From contig NZ_LT906458.1 in NCBI RefSeq assembly GCF_900187275.1, positions 510,001 through 542,000 on the forward strand: 32,000 nt of DNA. Direction: 5' to 3'. Position 1 is the first letter of the stretch. Every line of letters starts with the position of its first letter. The notes beneath the pieces were generated by a model. That model was given only the letters and a program-made list of their open reading frames with translations, did no database searches and was not told the origin of the DNA. The DNA comes from Pasteurella multocida. GTDB lineage: Bacteria > Pseudomonadota > Gammaproteobacteria > Enterobacterales > Pasteurellaceae. The position numbers were made by a program, and so were the translations under genes. Shown in pieces: positions 20,323 through 31,334 of this stretch.

Positions 20323-21765
20323 ATGAAATTTGTGATTAAACTGTTTCCCGGAATTATGATTAAAAGTGAATCGGTACGTAAACGATTCGTCAAGATCTTA
20401 ACTGGGAATATTCGTAATATTTTAACGAAACATGATGAGACCATTGCGGTGGTTCGTCATTGGGATTACATCGAAGTTCGTTCGAAAAAAGAAGAAAATC
20501 GACCGCACTTAATTGAATTATTAGGGCGTATTCCGGGCATTCATCACTTTTTAGAAGTAGATGAAAAGCCGTTTACAACGATGCACGATATTTTTGAACA
20601 GACTTTGCAAGATATTGGAACAAGTCTTGAGAACAAAACATTTTGTGTGCGGGTTAGACGAAAAGGCAAGCATACGTTTAATTCTTTGGATGTTGAACGT
20701 TATGTCGGTGGTGGCTTAAATCAACATATTCCGAGTGCCAAAGTACAACTGAGCAAACCAGATGTCACCGTGCGTATTGATATTGAAAATGACAACATGA
20801 TGTTGATAAAAGCACGCCATGTTGGCATTGGCGGTTATCCGATTGGGACGCAAGAAGATGTATTATCACTGATTTCAGGTGGCTTTGATTCCGGTGTATC
20901 AAGTTACATGCTGATTCGACGTGGTTCACGTGTGCATTATTGCTTCTTTAATCTTGGCGGTGCGGCACATGAAATTGGTGTGAAACAAATGGCATACCAT
21001 ATTTGGCAACGTTATAGTGCATCACACAAAGTCCGTTTTGTGGCAATCAATTTTGAAGGCGTGGTCGGCGAAATTTTGGAAAAAGTCGATAACGGGCAGA
21101 TGGGCGTTGTCTTAAAACGTATGATGGTGCGAGCGGCGAGCCGTATTGCCGAGCGTTTTGGGATTCAAGCGATCGTGACAGGCGAAGCACTTGGTCAAGT
21201 GTCGAGTCAAACCCTCACCAATTTACGCTTAATTGATGAGGCATCAGAGAGCTTAGTACTACGCCCATTAATCACCCACGATAAAGAACAGATTATCACA
21301 ATGGCGAAAGAAATTGGAACGGATGATATTGCTAAATCGATGCCCGAGTTTTGTGGTGTGATTTCGAAAAATCCAACGGTGAAAGCAATTAAAGCGAAGA
21401 TTGAGCAAGAAGAACGTCATTTTGATTTTGCTGTATTAGAAAGTGCGGTGCAAAATGCACAATATTTAGATATTCGTCAGATTGCCGAACAGACTGAAAA
21501 AGAAGTAGTTGCAGTAGATACGGTCGCTGTTTTGAGTGCGCAAGATGTGATTTTGGATATTCGTAGTCCAGAAGAAACGGATGAAAAGCCACTCAATATG
21601 GAAAATGTGCAATTAATGCCATTTTATAAATTATCTTCACAATTTGCCAATTTGGATCAGAGTAAGAATTACCTTTTATATTGTGAGCGTGGTGTAATGA
21701 GCAAATTACAAGCCCTATATCTAAAAGAACAAGGATTTTCTAATGTGAAGGTTTTCCGTCAATAG
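20323..21765 (+). CDS. thiI: tRNA 4-thiouridine sulfurtransferase with C-terminal rhodanese domain
   Basis: 480 aa, THUMP domain, [18 protein letters not shown]-loop, and rhodanese segment [11 protein letters not shown]...[11 protein letters not shown] with active-site Cys. Confidence 0.96.
   Translation: MKFVIKLFPGIMIKSESVRKRFVKILTGNIRNILTKHDETIAVVRHWDYIEVRSKKEENRPHLIELLGRIPGIHHFLEVDEKPFTTMHDIFEQTLQDIGTSLENKTFCVRVRRKGKHTFNSLDVERYVGGGLNQHIPSAKVQLSKPDVTVRIDIENDNMMLIKARHVGIGGYPIGTQEDVLSLISGGFDSGVSSYMLIRRGSRVHYCFFNLGGAAHEIGVKQMAYHIWQRYSASHKVRFVAINFEGVVGEILEKVDNGQMGVVLKRMMVRAASRIAERFGIQAIVTGEALGQVSSQTLTNLRLIDEASESLVLRPLITHDKEQIITMAKEIGTDDIAKSMPEFCGVISKNPTVKAIKAKIEQEERHFDFAVLESAVQNAQYLDIRQIAEQTEKEVVAVDTVAVLSAQDVILDIRSPEETDEKPLNMENVQLMPFYKLSSQFANLDQSKNYLLYCERGVMSKLQALYLKEQGFSNVKVFRQ
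20502..20510 (-). repeat. Pasteurellaceae DNA uptake signal (ACCGCACTT on plus strand)
   Basis: Exact 9-mer inside thiI. Confidence 0.9.
21441..21449 (+). repeat. Pasteurellaceae DNA uptake signal AAGTGCGGT
   Basis: Exact 9-mer inside thiI. Confidence 0.9.
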
Positions 21766-21776
21766 GGGAAAAAGGT

Positions 21777-21800
21777 GCCGAGCAGTTTACTCGGCATGTT
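21777..21800. terminator. Hairpin between converging thiI and rraB
   Basis: GCCGAG-CAGTTTA-CTCGGC stem; short T run on the plus strand side. Confidence 0.5.
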
Positions 21801-21804
21801 TCAC

Positions 21805-22125
21805 TTATTTTTTCCAAACGACGTGGAATTCACGATCTTCTTCACGATGAGAAATTAAGAATTTAGCAAAAATATCGTCCATTTCATCTTGTTCATTCAC
21901 TAAGCCAATCCAGACTTCTGCATATTCTTCCGGATCAATTAAAACCCCAATTTCCATCTCCCAATCATCCGCGGTTTCGACAAACTCGACACCTCCGCGC
22001 TCTTCAAACTGGAGATTAAACAGCAAAATATCAGCAGGATCGAGGTGTTCTGGCGCCATTTCAAGGAAGATATCATAAGCAAGGTCAATGGCAACATCGG
22101 GATCTAATTTTGTTATCTCTGTCAT
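21805..22125 (-). CDS. rraB: Ribonuclease E inhibitor RraB
   Basis: 106 aa acidic protein, [46 protein letters not shown]. Confidence 0.9.
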   Translation of the reverse strand: MTEITKLDPDVAIDLAYDIFLEMAPEHLDPADILLFNLQFEERGGVEFVETADDWEMEIGVLIDPEEYAEVWIGLVNEQDEMDDIFAKFLISHREEDREFHVVWKK

Positions 22126-22331
22126 TCTTTATTCCTTTAAGCATGTAATCAAAAATGCATCATAACATGAATTGGGATAAACATTAGGACAATTCAGCCA
22201 GTTTGTTGCTTTCTTTTTTCATGTGATTTTGTGTAAGAAGGTGAGTTTGATATCGTCTAATGGTCATATCCATTAAATTAAAAAAACAGAAAAAGAAAGA
22301 CCGAATTACTTGTCTTTATTGGGGGAATACT

Positions 22332-23291
22332 ATGCATAAATTAAACGAAAATGATGTCACACCGGAACATATCTTTTTCGAACGTCGTAAAATCATTCAA
22401 AGTATGGGATTAATGGGGGCGGCTTCATTATTGCCACGTTTCTCATTGGCTGCGGAGAAACAAGATTCTCGTCAAGCCTTACATTTTGCGAAAGATCAAA
22501 ATCCGCAAAACTTGCTGTTGACGCCTGAAAATAAGGTGATCGGTTATAACAATTTTTATGAATTTGGGGTGGATAAAGCTTCTCCAGCCAAATATGCCTC
22601 TGCATTAAAAACGGAGCCTTGGACGTTGCGCATTGAAGGCGAAGTCGAAAAACCGATGACGTTTGATGTGCATCAGTTAATGCAGCAGCTACCATTGGAA
22701 GAGCGTATCTACCGTTTTCGTTGTGTTGAAGCCTGGTCGATGGTGATTCCTTGGATTGGTTTTGAACTGAATAAGTTATTGGCGTTAGTTCAGCCAACCA
22801 GTCAGGCGAAATATGTCGAATTTGAAACCTTGTATGATCCAGACAGTATGCCGGGACAAAAAAATCACTTTTTTGGTGGTGGCTTGATTTATCCTTATGT
22901 AGAAGGGTTAACAATGGCAGAAGCTATGCATCCTTTAACGTTATTATCAGTGGGACTGTATGGCAAAACGTTAGCCCCTCAGAATGGTGCCCCGATTCGT
23001 TTAGTCATCCCTTGGAAATATGGCTTTAAGAATATTAAATCCATCGTGAAGATTACGCTTAAATCTGAACAACCGATGACAACCTGGCATCACGCGGCTC
23101 CACATGAGTATGGTTTTTATGCTAATGTGAATCCCGAAGTGGATCATCCACGTTGGTCACAAGCAAGTGAGCGCGTGATTGGTTCTGGTGGCTTATTGAG
23201 CGTGAAACGTCAGCCAACATTGCTGTTTAATGGTTATGCTGAACAGGTAGCACATTTATATCAAGATTTGGATTTAAGGACTTATTTCTGA
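22332..23291 (+). CDS. msrP: Protein-methionine-sulfoxide reductase catalytic subunit
   Basis: Start [27 protein letters not shown] (Tat RR); [20 protein letters not shown] with the Mo-ligand Cys; [35 protein letters not shown]-track start at 22260 is over-extended. Confidence 0.94.
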   Translation: MHKLNENDVTPEHIFFERRKIIQSMGLMGAASLLPRFSLAAEKQDSRQALHFAKDQNPQNLLLTPENKVIGYNNFYEFGVDKASPAKYASALKTEPWTLRIEGEVEKPMTFDVHQLMQQLPLEERIYRFRCVEAWSMVIPWIGFELNKLLALVQPTSQAKYVEFETLYDPDSMPGQKNHFFGGGLIYPYVEGLTMAEAMHPLTLLSVGLYGKTLAPQNGAPIRLVIPWKYGFKNIKSIVKITLKSEQPMTTWHHAAPHEYGFYANVNPEVDHPRWSQASERVIGSGGLLSVKRQPTLLFNGYAEQVAHLYQDLDLRTYF

Positions 23292-23911
23292 TGTTAAGTT
23301 TGTTCAGAATTATCATTCATGTGTGTTGTTTAGGTCCACTTGCTTGGCTAGCTTGGGTTTTGCTCAGTGGTGATGAAAGCCAGCTCGGTGCAGACCCAAT
23401 TAAAGAAATTCAACATTTTTTAGGCTTTAGTGCGCTCACTATTTTGTTGATCATGTTCATCTTGGGCAAGGTGTTCTATTTATTAAAACAGCCACAACTT
23501 CAAGTGCTACGTCGTGCATTAGGCTTATGGGCATGGTTTTATGTTGTCTTACATGTTTATGCTTATTTGGCGTTAGAGTTAGGCTATGACTTTTCCTTAT
23601 TTGTGCAAGAGTTAGTAAACAGAGGTTATCTGATTATTGGGGCTATTGCCTTTTTGATTTTGACCTTGATGGCGCTCAGTTCATGGTCTTATTTAAAACT
23701 GAAAATGGGCAAATGGTGGTTTTACCTGCATCAATTAGGCTATTATGCGTTGCTTTTGGGGGCAATCCATTACGTTTGGTCGGTCAAAAATGTGACATTT
23801 TCTTCTATGTTATATTTGATTTTGTCTGTCATGATACTATGTGACGCCTTATACGGTTTGTTCATAAAAAGAAAAGGACGAGGCACAAGCGCTCATACTG
23901 GAAAAGATTGA
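23291..23911 (+). CDS. msrQ: Haem-binding membrane subunit of MsrPQ
   Basis: 206 aa multi-pass protein (LLIMFILGKVFYLLKQPQLQVLRRALGLWAWFYVVLHVYAYLALELG); overlaps the msrP stop. Confidence 0.92.
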   Translation: MLSLFRIIIHVCCLGPLAWLAWVLLSGDESQLGADPIKEIQHFLGFSALTILLIMFILGKVFYLLKQPQLQVLRRALGLWAWFYVVLHVYAYLALELGYDFSLFVQELVNRGYLIIGAIAFLILTLMALSSWSYLKLKMGKWWFYLHQLGYYALLLGAIHYVWSVKNVTFSSMLYLILSVMILCDALYGLFIKRKGRGTSAHTGKD

Positions 23912-23917
23912 TCTACG

Positions 23918-23950
23918 AAATAAGTGCGGTAGAATATCGCACTTATTTTT
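23918..23950 (+). terminator. Rho-independent terminator after msrPQ built around an uptake signal
   Basis: AAATAAGTGCG-GTAGAATAT-CGCACTTATTT: 11-bp perfect stem followed by T residues; the loop side completes AAGTGCGGT. Confidence 0.8.
23922..23930 (+). repeat. Pasteurellaceae DNA uptake signal AAGTGCGGT
   Basis: Exact 9-mer inside the msrPQ terminator hairpin. Confidence 0.92.
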
Positions 23951-23981
23951 TATGATCTGTTTTAGAGTGTGTCACGAATTG

Positions 23982-24428
23982 ATGAAGTCGTCAATTGAAC
24001 CTGATTTTTGGAAACATAAAACCTTACTTGAAATGACCGACGCAGAGTGGGAAGCACTCTGTGATGGTTGTGGTAAATGTTGTTATCGAAAATTCATTGA
24101 GGGGCATGGTAAACGTAAGAAACTGTATTACACTCGCATTGCATGTAATCTTTTAGACTTAGAAACGGGAAGATGCACTAATTATGCAAAACGTTTTCAG
24201 TTAGAAACTGATTGTACGAAACTAACTAAGAAAAATTTACCCGATTTTCATTGGCTTCCCCCGACGTGTGCTTATCGTTTATTAAATGAAAATAAACCGC
24301 TCTTTGACTGGCATCCGCTGATTTCTGGTGATCCTCATTCTGTAAAAAAAGCCAATATTTTGATTAAACAGGGTATTCATGAAAAAGATGTCATTGATTG
24401 GTTTGAGTTTGTCGTTGATGGACATTAA
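23982..24428 (+). CDS. YcgN-family (UPF0260) cysteine cluster protein
   Basis: FWKHKTLLEMTDAEWEALCDGCGKCCYRKFIEGHG and NLPDFHWLPPTCAYRLLNENKPLFDWHPLISGD. Start by family comparison (MKSSIEPDFW); ORF-track start is 23952. Confidence 0.88.
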   Translation: MKSSIEPDFWKHKTLLEMTDAEWEALCDGCGKCCYRKFIEGHGKRKKLYYTRIACNLLDLETGRCTNYAKRFQLETDCTKLTKKNLPDFHWLPPTCAYRLLNENKPLFDWHPLISGDPHSVKKANILIKQGIHEKDVIDWFEFVVDGH

Positions 24429-24882
24429 AACCTGTTTATTTCTATTCGCGATTATCGCCGGGAGAGTCAGGAGCTCAATAAGCAGACGAGCTAGAGATGG
24501 CGACTTATTAGAAAACCAGTAGATATAGGTTAGTCCAGTCACAAAATACGTTGATATGTCCTCTTGATGAGGGGATTTATTTTCCCTTATCGGCGTAAAA
24601 TCACGTTATGTGATTAAAAAACGTGTCAATACCAAAAATATTTGCGCTGTATTTATCACCCTGTCACATTTGATTTTTGAACCATAACCTTTGCACTCAA
24701 ACCCACTTTTCTGATGTGGATTTTTTATGCACAATTCGGTCCTCAAAATTAGCTTAACACCTTGCAAATCCTGAAAATAAATTATCTTGACGAAGATCAC
24801 TAATTTAAATAAAAGTCATTGCCTTTGTAGGTTGCTTGGATAGAATAACTATTAATCATTAGTCTAGTTTAGGTTGTTATTA

Positions 24883-26976
24883 ATGGATATTGCATACATC
24901 CGGCGGGAGGCTGAAAAGCAAGGCATTGCGCCCTCTCATTATGACATTAATGGGAATTTGATTTACGCCAGCCAAGAGACGTTAACTTATTTTACGGATT
25001 TATTGAAATCTTCGTCAGCCACATCAGAGGCACAATTACATTTTGATGATGTTGTCGTGTTTCTTGAAAATGAACCGATTCAGTATGCATTAACGCGTCT
25101 TCCTGTGGTTAACCAAACGCCACTGTCTTGCCAAATCATGGATGAAGCGGGTAAACATATTCTGACTCAATCCTGTATTGAGCGTGACGTTATCACCTTA
25201 CCTGCACTTGAGTTTGGTTATTATCATCTGCGGATCACTTATGAAAATCACGCTTATTCTGTCCGTTTATTGATCAGTCCTAAAACAGCGTATCAACCCC
25301 CTGTGTTACAGCAAAGAAAAGCATGGGGATTGAACGTTCAATTATATAGCTTACGCTCGAAGCAGAATTGGGGAATTGGGGATTTTGCAGACCTAGCGTA
25401 TTTAGTTGAACAGGCGACGAAGTATGGCGTGGATTTTATAGGCATTAATCCGTTGCATTTGATGTATAGTGCGGTACCAGAATGGGCGAGCCCTTATAGC
25501 TCATCTTCTCGTCGTTGGTTGAACCCTATTTATTTATCTGTGACCACATTGCCAGAATTTAAATGCTGTAAAAGCGTGCAGCATTGGTTTGCTTCCGACG
25601 AGATTCAAGACTTGCTTGAGCAGTTACAAGCAACAGAATTAGTGGATTATGCACAAGTTATGTGGTTAAAGCAGAATGCACTTGAACAATTGTTTGCTTT
25701 CTCAAAGCGCAGTCAATCGACTTCTATCATTCAACGCCGTCAAGCCTTTTTGCAATTCATGCAACAGCAAGGTGAACCGTTATTGTTACAAGGCTTATTT
25801 GAAGTATTAGACCGTCAATCGCACTCAAATATGCCAACAGAAAAAGAGATTGGCTGGCTAGGTTGGCGTCGTGAATGGCAACAGTTAAGCCCAGCAAAAC
25901 GCCAAACGTTACTCAAAACGCATCAAGCAGAGATTGAGTTTTACGCTTGGTTACAATGGTTAGCGACAGAACAATTAACGGATATTCAAGCATTGTGTCA
26001 TCGCCTCGGCATGAATTTGGGGATTTATGGTGATTTGGCAGTTAATAGTTCACGCGGTAGTGCGGATGTGTGGACTGATCCCGAATTGTACTTTGTGAAT
26101 GCCTCCGTAGGGGCGCCGCCGGATCCTTTAGGACCCGTTGGGCAAAACTGGAACTTACCCCCTTATAATCCTGCGATCTTAACCCGCCGTGGTTTTCAAC
26201 CTTTTATTGATATGTTGCGCAGTAATATGCAGCATTTTGGGATCTTGCGTATTGACCATGTGATGGGGTTATTCCGTTTATGGTTGATTCCCGAAGAAAA
26301 AAGCGCAGCCGATGGTGTGTATGTTCATTATCCCTTTGATGCGTTAATGGCGATTTTAACGATAGAAAGCCAACGCAATCGTTGCTTGATTGTAGGGGAA
26401 GACTTGGGCACTGTCCCAGATGAAGTGCGGTCAAAATTAAATCAGTTACACATTTTTTCTTACTTTGTCTTATATTTTGAGCAACGTAATCGTCAATATC
26501 CCGCAAGTGAACAATTTCCAGTGAAAGCTTTTGCTACCATTGGCACGCATGACGTACCGTCGTTACAAAGTTTCTGGCACTGTGTTGATTTACAACTTTT
26601 TAATCAACTCGGCATTCTAGACGGTGAGATCTTGCAACAAAAATATGAACAACGCGTGATTGATAAACAAGCATTATTGGACACGTTGCATCGTGATGGC
26701 TATTTGCCCCCTCATTATGAAGGAAATGCCTTATCAATGGCGATGCATGCTCATCTTAACTATGTGTTACACCAATATTTAGCCAGAAGTTGTACTCAAT
26801 TGATTGGGGTACAACTGGAAAATGTATTAAGCCAAGAAATTTCATTTAATTTACCCGGTACTGATAGGGAATATCCAAACTGGCGTAAAAAGCTCGCATG
26901 TACACTTGAACAAATGTTTAGTGATAAGCATATCACCGCGTTTTTAAGCGCGATTGATCAAGCTCGTCATGCATGA
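24883..26976 (+). CDS. malQ: 4-alpha-glucanotransferase (amylomaltase)
   Basis: About 697 aa, SLRSKQNWGIGDFADL, LRIDHVMGLFRLWLIP, LIVGEDLGTVPDEVR, IGTHDVPSLQSFW. Confidence 0.96.
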   Translation: MDIAYIRREAEKQGIAPSHYDINGNLIYASQETLTYFTDLLKSSSATSEAQLHFDDVVVFLENEPIQYALTRLPVVNQTPLSCQIMDEAGKHILTQSCIERDVITLPALEFGYYHLRITYENHAYSVRLLISPKTAYQPPVLQQRKAWGLNVQLYSLRSKQNWGIGDFADLAYLVEQATKYGVDFIGINPLHLMYSAVPEWASPYSSSSRRWLNPIYLSVTTLPEFKCCKSVQHWFASDEIQDLLEQLQATELVDYAQVMWLKQNALEQLFAFSKRSQSTSIIQRRQAFLQFMQQQGEPLLLQGLFEVLDRQSHSNMPTEKEIGWLGWRREWQQLSPAKRQTLLKTHQAEIEFYAWLQWLATEQLTDIQALCHRLGMNLGIYGDLAVNSSRGSADVWTDPELYFVNASVGAPPDPLGPVGQNWNLPPYNPAILTRRGFQPFIDMLRSNMQHFGILRIDHVMGLFRLWLIPEEKSAADGVYVHYPFDALMAILTIESQRNRCLIVGEDLGTVPDEVRSKLNQLHIFSYFVLYFEQRNRQYPASEQFPVKAFATIGTHDVPSLQSFWHCVDLQLFNQLGILDGEILQQKYEQRVIDKQALLDTLHRDGYLPPHYEGNALSMAMHAHLNYVLHQYLARSCTQLIGVQLENVLSQEISFNLPGTDREYPNWRKKLACTLEQMFSDKHITAFLSAIDQARHA
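26423..26431 (+). repeat. Pasteurellaceae DNA uptake signal AAGTGCGGT
   Basis: Exact 9-mer inside malQ. Confidence 0.9.
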
Positions 26977-27007
26977 ATTTAGTTAAAGTCGAATTTGAGG
27001 ATTTGTT

Positions 27008-29200
27008 ATGGTTCAATTAGTTTCACCTTCCGTGATCAATCAATTTTTTGAAGGAACGCATGCAGACCCATTTTCTGTGTTAGGGATGCATGAAACAGAG
27101 AAAGGAATTGAAATTCGCGCATTATTGCCGGATGCGAGCCGTGTGGTTGTGATTGACAGGGAAACGCATAACGCCGTTTGCGAATTAGAGCACGTCGATG
27201 AACGCGGTTTCTTTGCCGCGGTCATACCGAAAACAAGAACGTTTTTTGCCTATCAGTTACAGGTTTTTTGGGGCGCTGAATCACAATTTATTGAAGATCC
27301 TTACCGTTTCCATCCGATGCTGGCAGATTTAGACAATTGGCTGTTGAGTGAAGGATCGCATTTACGTCCTTATGAAGTGCTTGGTGCGCATTTTATGGAA
27401 TGTGATGGCGTGTCTGGGGTGAATTTCCGTTTATGGGCACCAAATGCAAAACGTGTTTCGATTGTGGGCGATTTTAACTATTGGGATGGGCGTCGCCACC
27501 CAATGCGTTTTCATCAAAAGAGCGGTGTGTGGGAACTGTTTTTACCGAAAGCCTCATTGGGTCAACTGTATAAATTTGAATTGATAGACTGTCATGGTCA
27601 GTTACGCTTAAAAGCGGATCCTTATGCCTTTAGTTCACAACTGCGTCCTGATACGGCCTCACAAATTAGCGCGTTACCCGAAATTGTGCCAATGACAGAA
27701 CAACGTCGTAAAGCGAATCAATTTGATCAACCTATTTCGATTTATGAAGTCCACCTTGGTTCGTGGCGTCGCAATTTAGAAAATAATTTTTGGTTGGATT
27801 ATGATCAAATTGCCGATGAGCTCATTCCTTATGTGAAAGAGATGGGCTTTACTCACATTGAATTTTTACCGATTTCTGAATTTCCATTTGATGGTTCTTG
27901 GGGCTATCAACCCTTGGGGCTGTACTCGCCAACTAGTCGGTTTGGTACGGCAGAAGGCTTTAAGCGTTTAATTGAAAAAGCACACCAAGCTGGGATCAAT
28001 GTTATTTTAGACTGGGTACCCGGTCATTTCCCAAGTGATACTCACGGCTTAGCGGCATTTGATGGCACGGCGCTTTATGAACATGCTGATCCGCGTGAAG
28101 GCTACCACCAAGATTGGAATACCTTAATTTATAACTATGGACGTAATGAAGTGCGTAACTTTTTATCCAGCAATGCACTTTATTGGTTAGAACGTTTTGG
28201 CTTAGATGGTATTCGGGTGGATGCCGTTGCTTCGATGATTTATCGTGATTATAGCCGTGCCGAAGGAGAGTGGATTCCAAACCAATACGGTGGACGTGAA
28301 AATTTAGAAGCCATTGAATTTTTAAAACACACTAACTGGAAAATTGATTCTGAAGTACAAGGCGCGATTTCGATTGCTGAAGAATCGACATCTTTTGCAG
28401 GCGTTACCAAGCCGTCCACAGAAGGGGGGCTAGGATTCCACTTTAAATGGAATATGGGCTGGATGAATGACACCTTATCTTACATGCAAAAAGATCCGGT
28501 GTATCGTCAATATCACCACGATCAAATGACTTTTGGTATGGTGTATCAATACAGCGAAAATTTTGTGTTACCGCTATCCCACGATGAAGTGGTACACGGT
28601 AAATGTTCTTTACTCGGTAAAATGCCGGGCGATGCGTGGCAAAAATTTGCTAACTTGCGCGCTTATTATGGTTATATGTGGGGCTATCCGGGTAAAAAAT
28701 TGCTCTTTATGGGCAATGAATTTGCGCAAGGGCGCGAATGGAATTATCAAGAAAGCCTCGATTGGTTTTTACTGGAAGAAGAACACGGTGGGCGATGGCA
28801 TCAAGGCGTGCAATTGTTAGTGAAAGATCTCAATCATATTTATCAACAACATGCCTCGTTATTTGAACTCGACGGCTCGCCAGAAGGATTTGACTGGTTA
28901 GTGGTTGATGATCGTCAAAACTCGGTGTTTGCCTTTGAACGCCGCAGTAAAGACGGAGAGCGAATTATTGTCGTGAGTAACTTCACGCCAGTACCACGTC
29001 ATGATTATCGTTTTGGCGTCAATATGGCGGGTAACTATGTGGAAATCTTAAACACAGATTCGGCATTTTATCAGGGGTCGAATGTTGGTAATTACGGTGA
29101 AGTAGGCAGTGAAGCGATTCCAAGCCATGCGCGAGCACAATCAATTTGTGTATCTATTCCGCCACTCGCCACGATTTATTTGAAATATCAAGGGGAATAA
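27008..29200 (+). CDS. glgB: 1,4-alpha-glucan branching enzyme
   Basis: 730 aa, [55 protein letters not shown]. Confidence 0.98.
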
Positions 29201-29273
29201 CGGTGCGTGATAGGCTGTCCTATTCCATATATAAGCAGTCAAAATGTGTAGTCAAAGTGATAATGTTGTACAA

Positions 29274-31262
29274 ATGAATACGATCAAAAGTGGGAAACCC
29301 TCTCCGTTGGGGTGTTCAAAACAAACGGAAGAAGGGCAAGACGGCTATAACTTCGCGCTTTTTTCTCAAGCTGCGCGACGAGTTGAGTTGTGTTTGTTCA
29401 GCGAAGGGCAAGAGCGACGGGTTGATTTACAACCAAGTGATGATGGGATTTGGCATATTTGGTTGAGCGATGTGTCTGTTGGGACAGAATATGCTTATCG
29501 AATTTCGGGTAAAACTGACCGCACTTTAGCGAACCCGAATAAGTTGATGCTTGATCCCTATGCTAAAGCGGTTGTGGGCAAACCGGATCTGAGTACAGCG
29601 GAAAAACGTGCTTGGTTTGATCTTAATGACCCTCGAGATAACGCACATCTTGCGCCGAAGGCAGTTATTATAGATGAGGCCTTTGATTGGCAAGGAGATA
29701 AACCACTACGAACCCCTTGGGCACAAACAGTGATTTATGAAATGCATGTCAAAGGCTTTAGCCAATTACGTGAAGATTTACCTGAAGCCTTGCGAGGGAC
29801 TTATACGGGTTTAGCACATCCTAATATGATTGCGTATTTGCAAGACTTAGGCGTGACAGCAGTCGAGCTATTACCAGTTCAATATCAAGCGGATGAAGTG
29901 CATTTACAAGAAAAAGGTTTAGCCAATTATTGGGGGTATAACCCATTAGCGATGTTTGCGCTAGAACCTCGTTATAGCTCACAGCACAGCAGTATGGGCG
30001 CATTGAATGAGTTTAAAACGATGGTTAAAGCATTACATCAAGCGGGTATCGAAGTAATTTTGGATGTCGTGTTTAACCATACAGCTGAGTCAGAAAAGTA
30101 TTTCCCGACGTTCAGTCAGCGTGGCATTGATGATGAAACTTACTATTGGCAAGACGCACAAGGACATTATCACAATTGGACGGGCTGCGGTAATACACTT
30201 AATTTGTCACAGCCGATCACGCGTCGTTGGGTGCTAGATTGTTTATGCTATTGGGTTGAGGCTTGCCATGTAGACGGTTTTCGTTTTGATTTAGGTTCAG
30301 TACTTGGGCGTGAGGGAGAAGGGGGCTTTAACCCACAAGCACAATTATTTGCCGATATTCAAGCAGAACCTCGCTTACAAGGCTGCAAATTGATTGCTGA
30401 ACCTTGGGATATTGGTGATTTTGGCTATCAAATGGGTAACTTCCCCGCTTATTTTGCTGAATGGAATGATCGTTTTCGTGATGATGTGACGCGTTTTTGG
30501 TTGTGGAAGAGTGGTGAAAGTGGTGCATTTGCACAACGTTTAGCGGGGTCAAGTGATTTATTCCAACAAACCCGCCAAGTACACAATTCGATTAATTTCA
30601 TTACCGCACATGATGGTTTTACTTTACGTGATTTAGTCAGTTATAACGAGAAACACAATTGGGCAAATGGTGAAAATAACCGAGATGGGCGTAATCACAA
30701 TTACAGTTATAACCATGGTGTTGAAGGGATCGACAATGTGCCAAGTGCGGTAGAAAATGGGCGTCTTTTAAGTAGCATTGCCTTATTGATGAATTTACTC
30801 TTAGCAAATGGCACGCCGATGCTCCTTGCGGGGGACGAATTTGGCAATTCTCAGTTTGGTAATAATAATGCCTATTGCCAAGATAATGAAATTGCTTGGC
30901 TTAAATGGCAAGATTTTAATCCCGTATTATTTAATGCGACTAAGCAAACGATTGCATTGCGAAAACAAATAGCGAGTTTACAACAAGACTGTTGGTGGTC
31001 TGAGGTAAATGTGCAATGGCTCAATACAAAAGGGGAGCCAATGACAATCGCGGATTGGCATAATCAAGAAAGCAAAGCCTTACAAGTGCTTTTAGATAAC
31101 AAATGGCTTTTTTTGATTAATGCGAAACAAAAATTACAAACTTTTTCGTTACCAGAAGGTGATTGGGAAGTTATGTATTGTGCAACAAACTTAACCACTC
31201 AAGGCGGTTTTATCGAGTTGGATGATGTCACTTTTGGTGTGTTGCAACAGTTAAATAAGTAG
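29274..31262 (+). CDS. glgX: Glycogen debranching enzyme
   Basis: GlgX GH13 signatures: VIYEMHVKGFSQL, DVVFNHTAE, VDGFRFDLGSVLGR, LIAEPWDIG, NFITAHDGFTLRDLVSYNEKHN. Start uncertain (29244 or 29274). Confidence 0.95.
   Translation: MNTIKSGKPSPLGCSKQTEEGQDGYNFALFSQAARRVELCLFSEGQERRVDLQPSDDGIWHIWLSDVSVGTEYAYRISGKTDRTLANPNKLMLDPYAKAVVGKPDLSTAEKRAWFDLNDPRDNAHLAPKAVIIDEAFDWQGDKPLRTPWAQTVIYEMHVKGFSQLREDLPEALRGTYTGLAHPNMIAYLQDLGVTAVELLPVQYQADEVHLQEKGLANYWGYNPLAMFALEPRYSSQHSSMGALNEFKTMVKALHQAGIEVILDVVFNHTAESEKYFPTFSQRGIDDETYYWQDAQGHYHNWTGCGNTLNLSQPITRRWVLDCLCYWVEACHVDGFRFDLGSVLGREGEGGFNPQAQLFADIQAEPRLQGCKLIAEPWDIGDFGYQMGNFPAYFAEWNDRFRDDVTRFWLWKSGESGAFAQRLAGSSDLFQQTRQVHNSINFITAHDGFTLRDLVSYNEKHNWANGENNRDGRNHNYSYNHGVEGIDNVPSAVENGRLLSSIALLMNLLLANGTPMLLAGDEFGNSQFGNNNAYCQDNEIAWLKWQDFNPVLFNATKQTIALRKQIASLQQDCWWSEVNVQWLNTKGEPMTIADWHNQESKALQVLLDNKWLFLINAKQKLQTFSLPEGDWEVMYCATNLTTQGGFIELDDVTFGVLQQLNK
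29518..29526 (-). repeat. Pasteurellaceae DNA uptake signal (ACCGCACTT on plus strand)
   Basis: Exact 9-mer inside glgX. Confidence 0.9.
30743..30751 (+). repeat. Pasteurellaceae DNA uptake signal AAGTGCGGT
   Basis: Exact 9-mer inside glgX. Confidence 0.9.
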
Positions 31263-31334
31263 TAATTATATGTAAACAATAATAAGGGTTGTTGATATGA
31301 GGTTGTGCAACGTTACCCAATAATGGAGGTCATT

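Noticed and set aside
24590-24680. Possible CRP site ahead of malQ (AAATGTGACAGGGTGATAAA on the minus strand)
   Set aside because: Only one half-site (TGTGA) matches; the second half (TCACA) is missing, so it is too weak to call.
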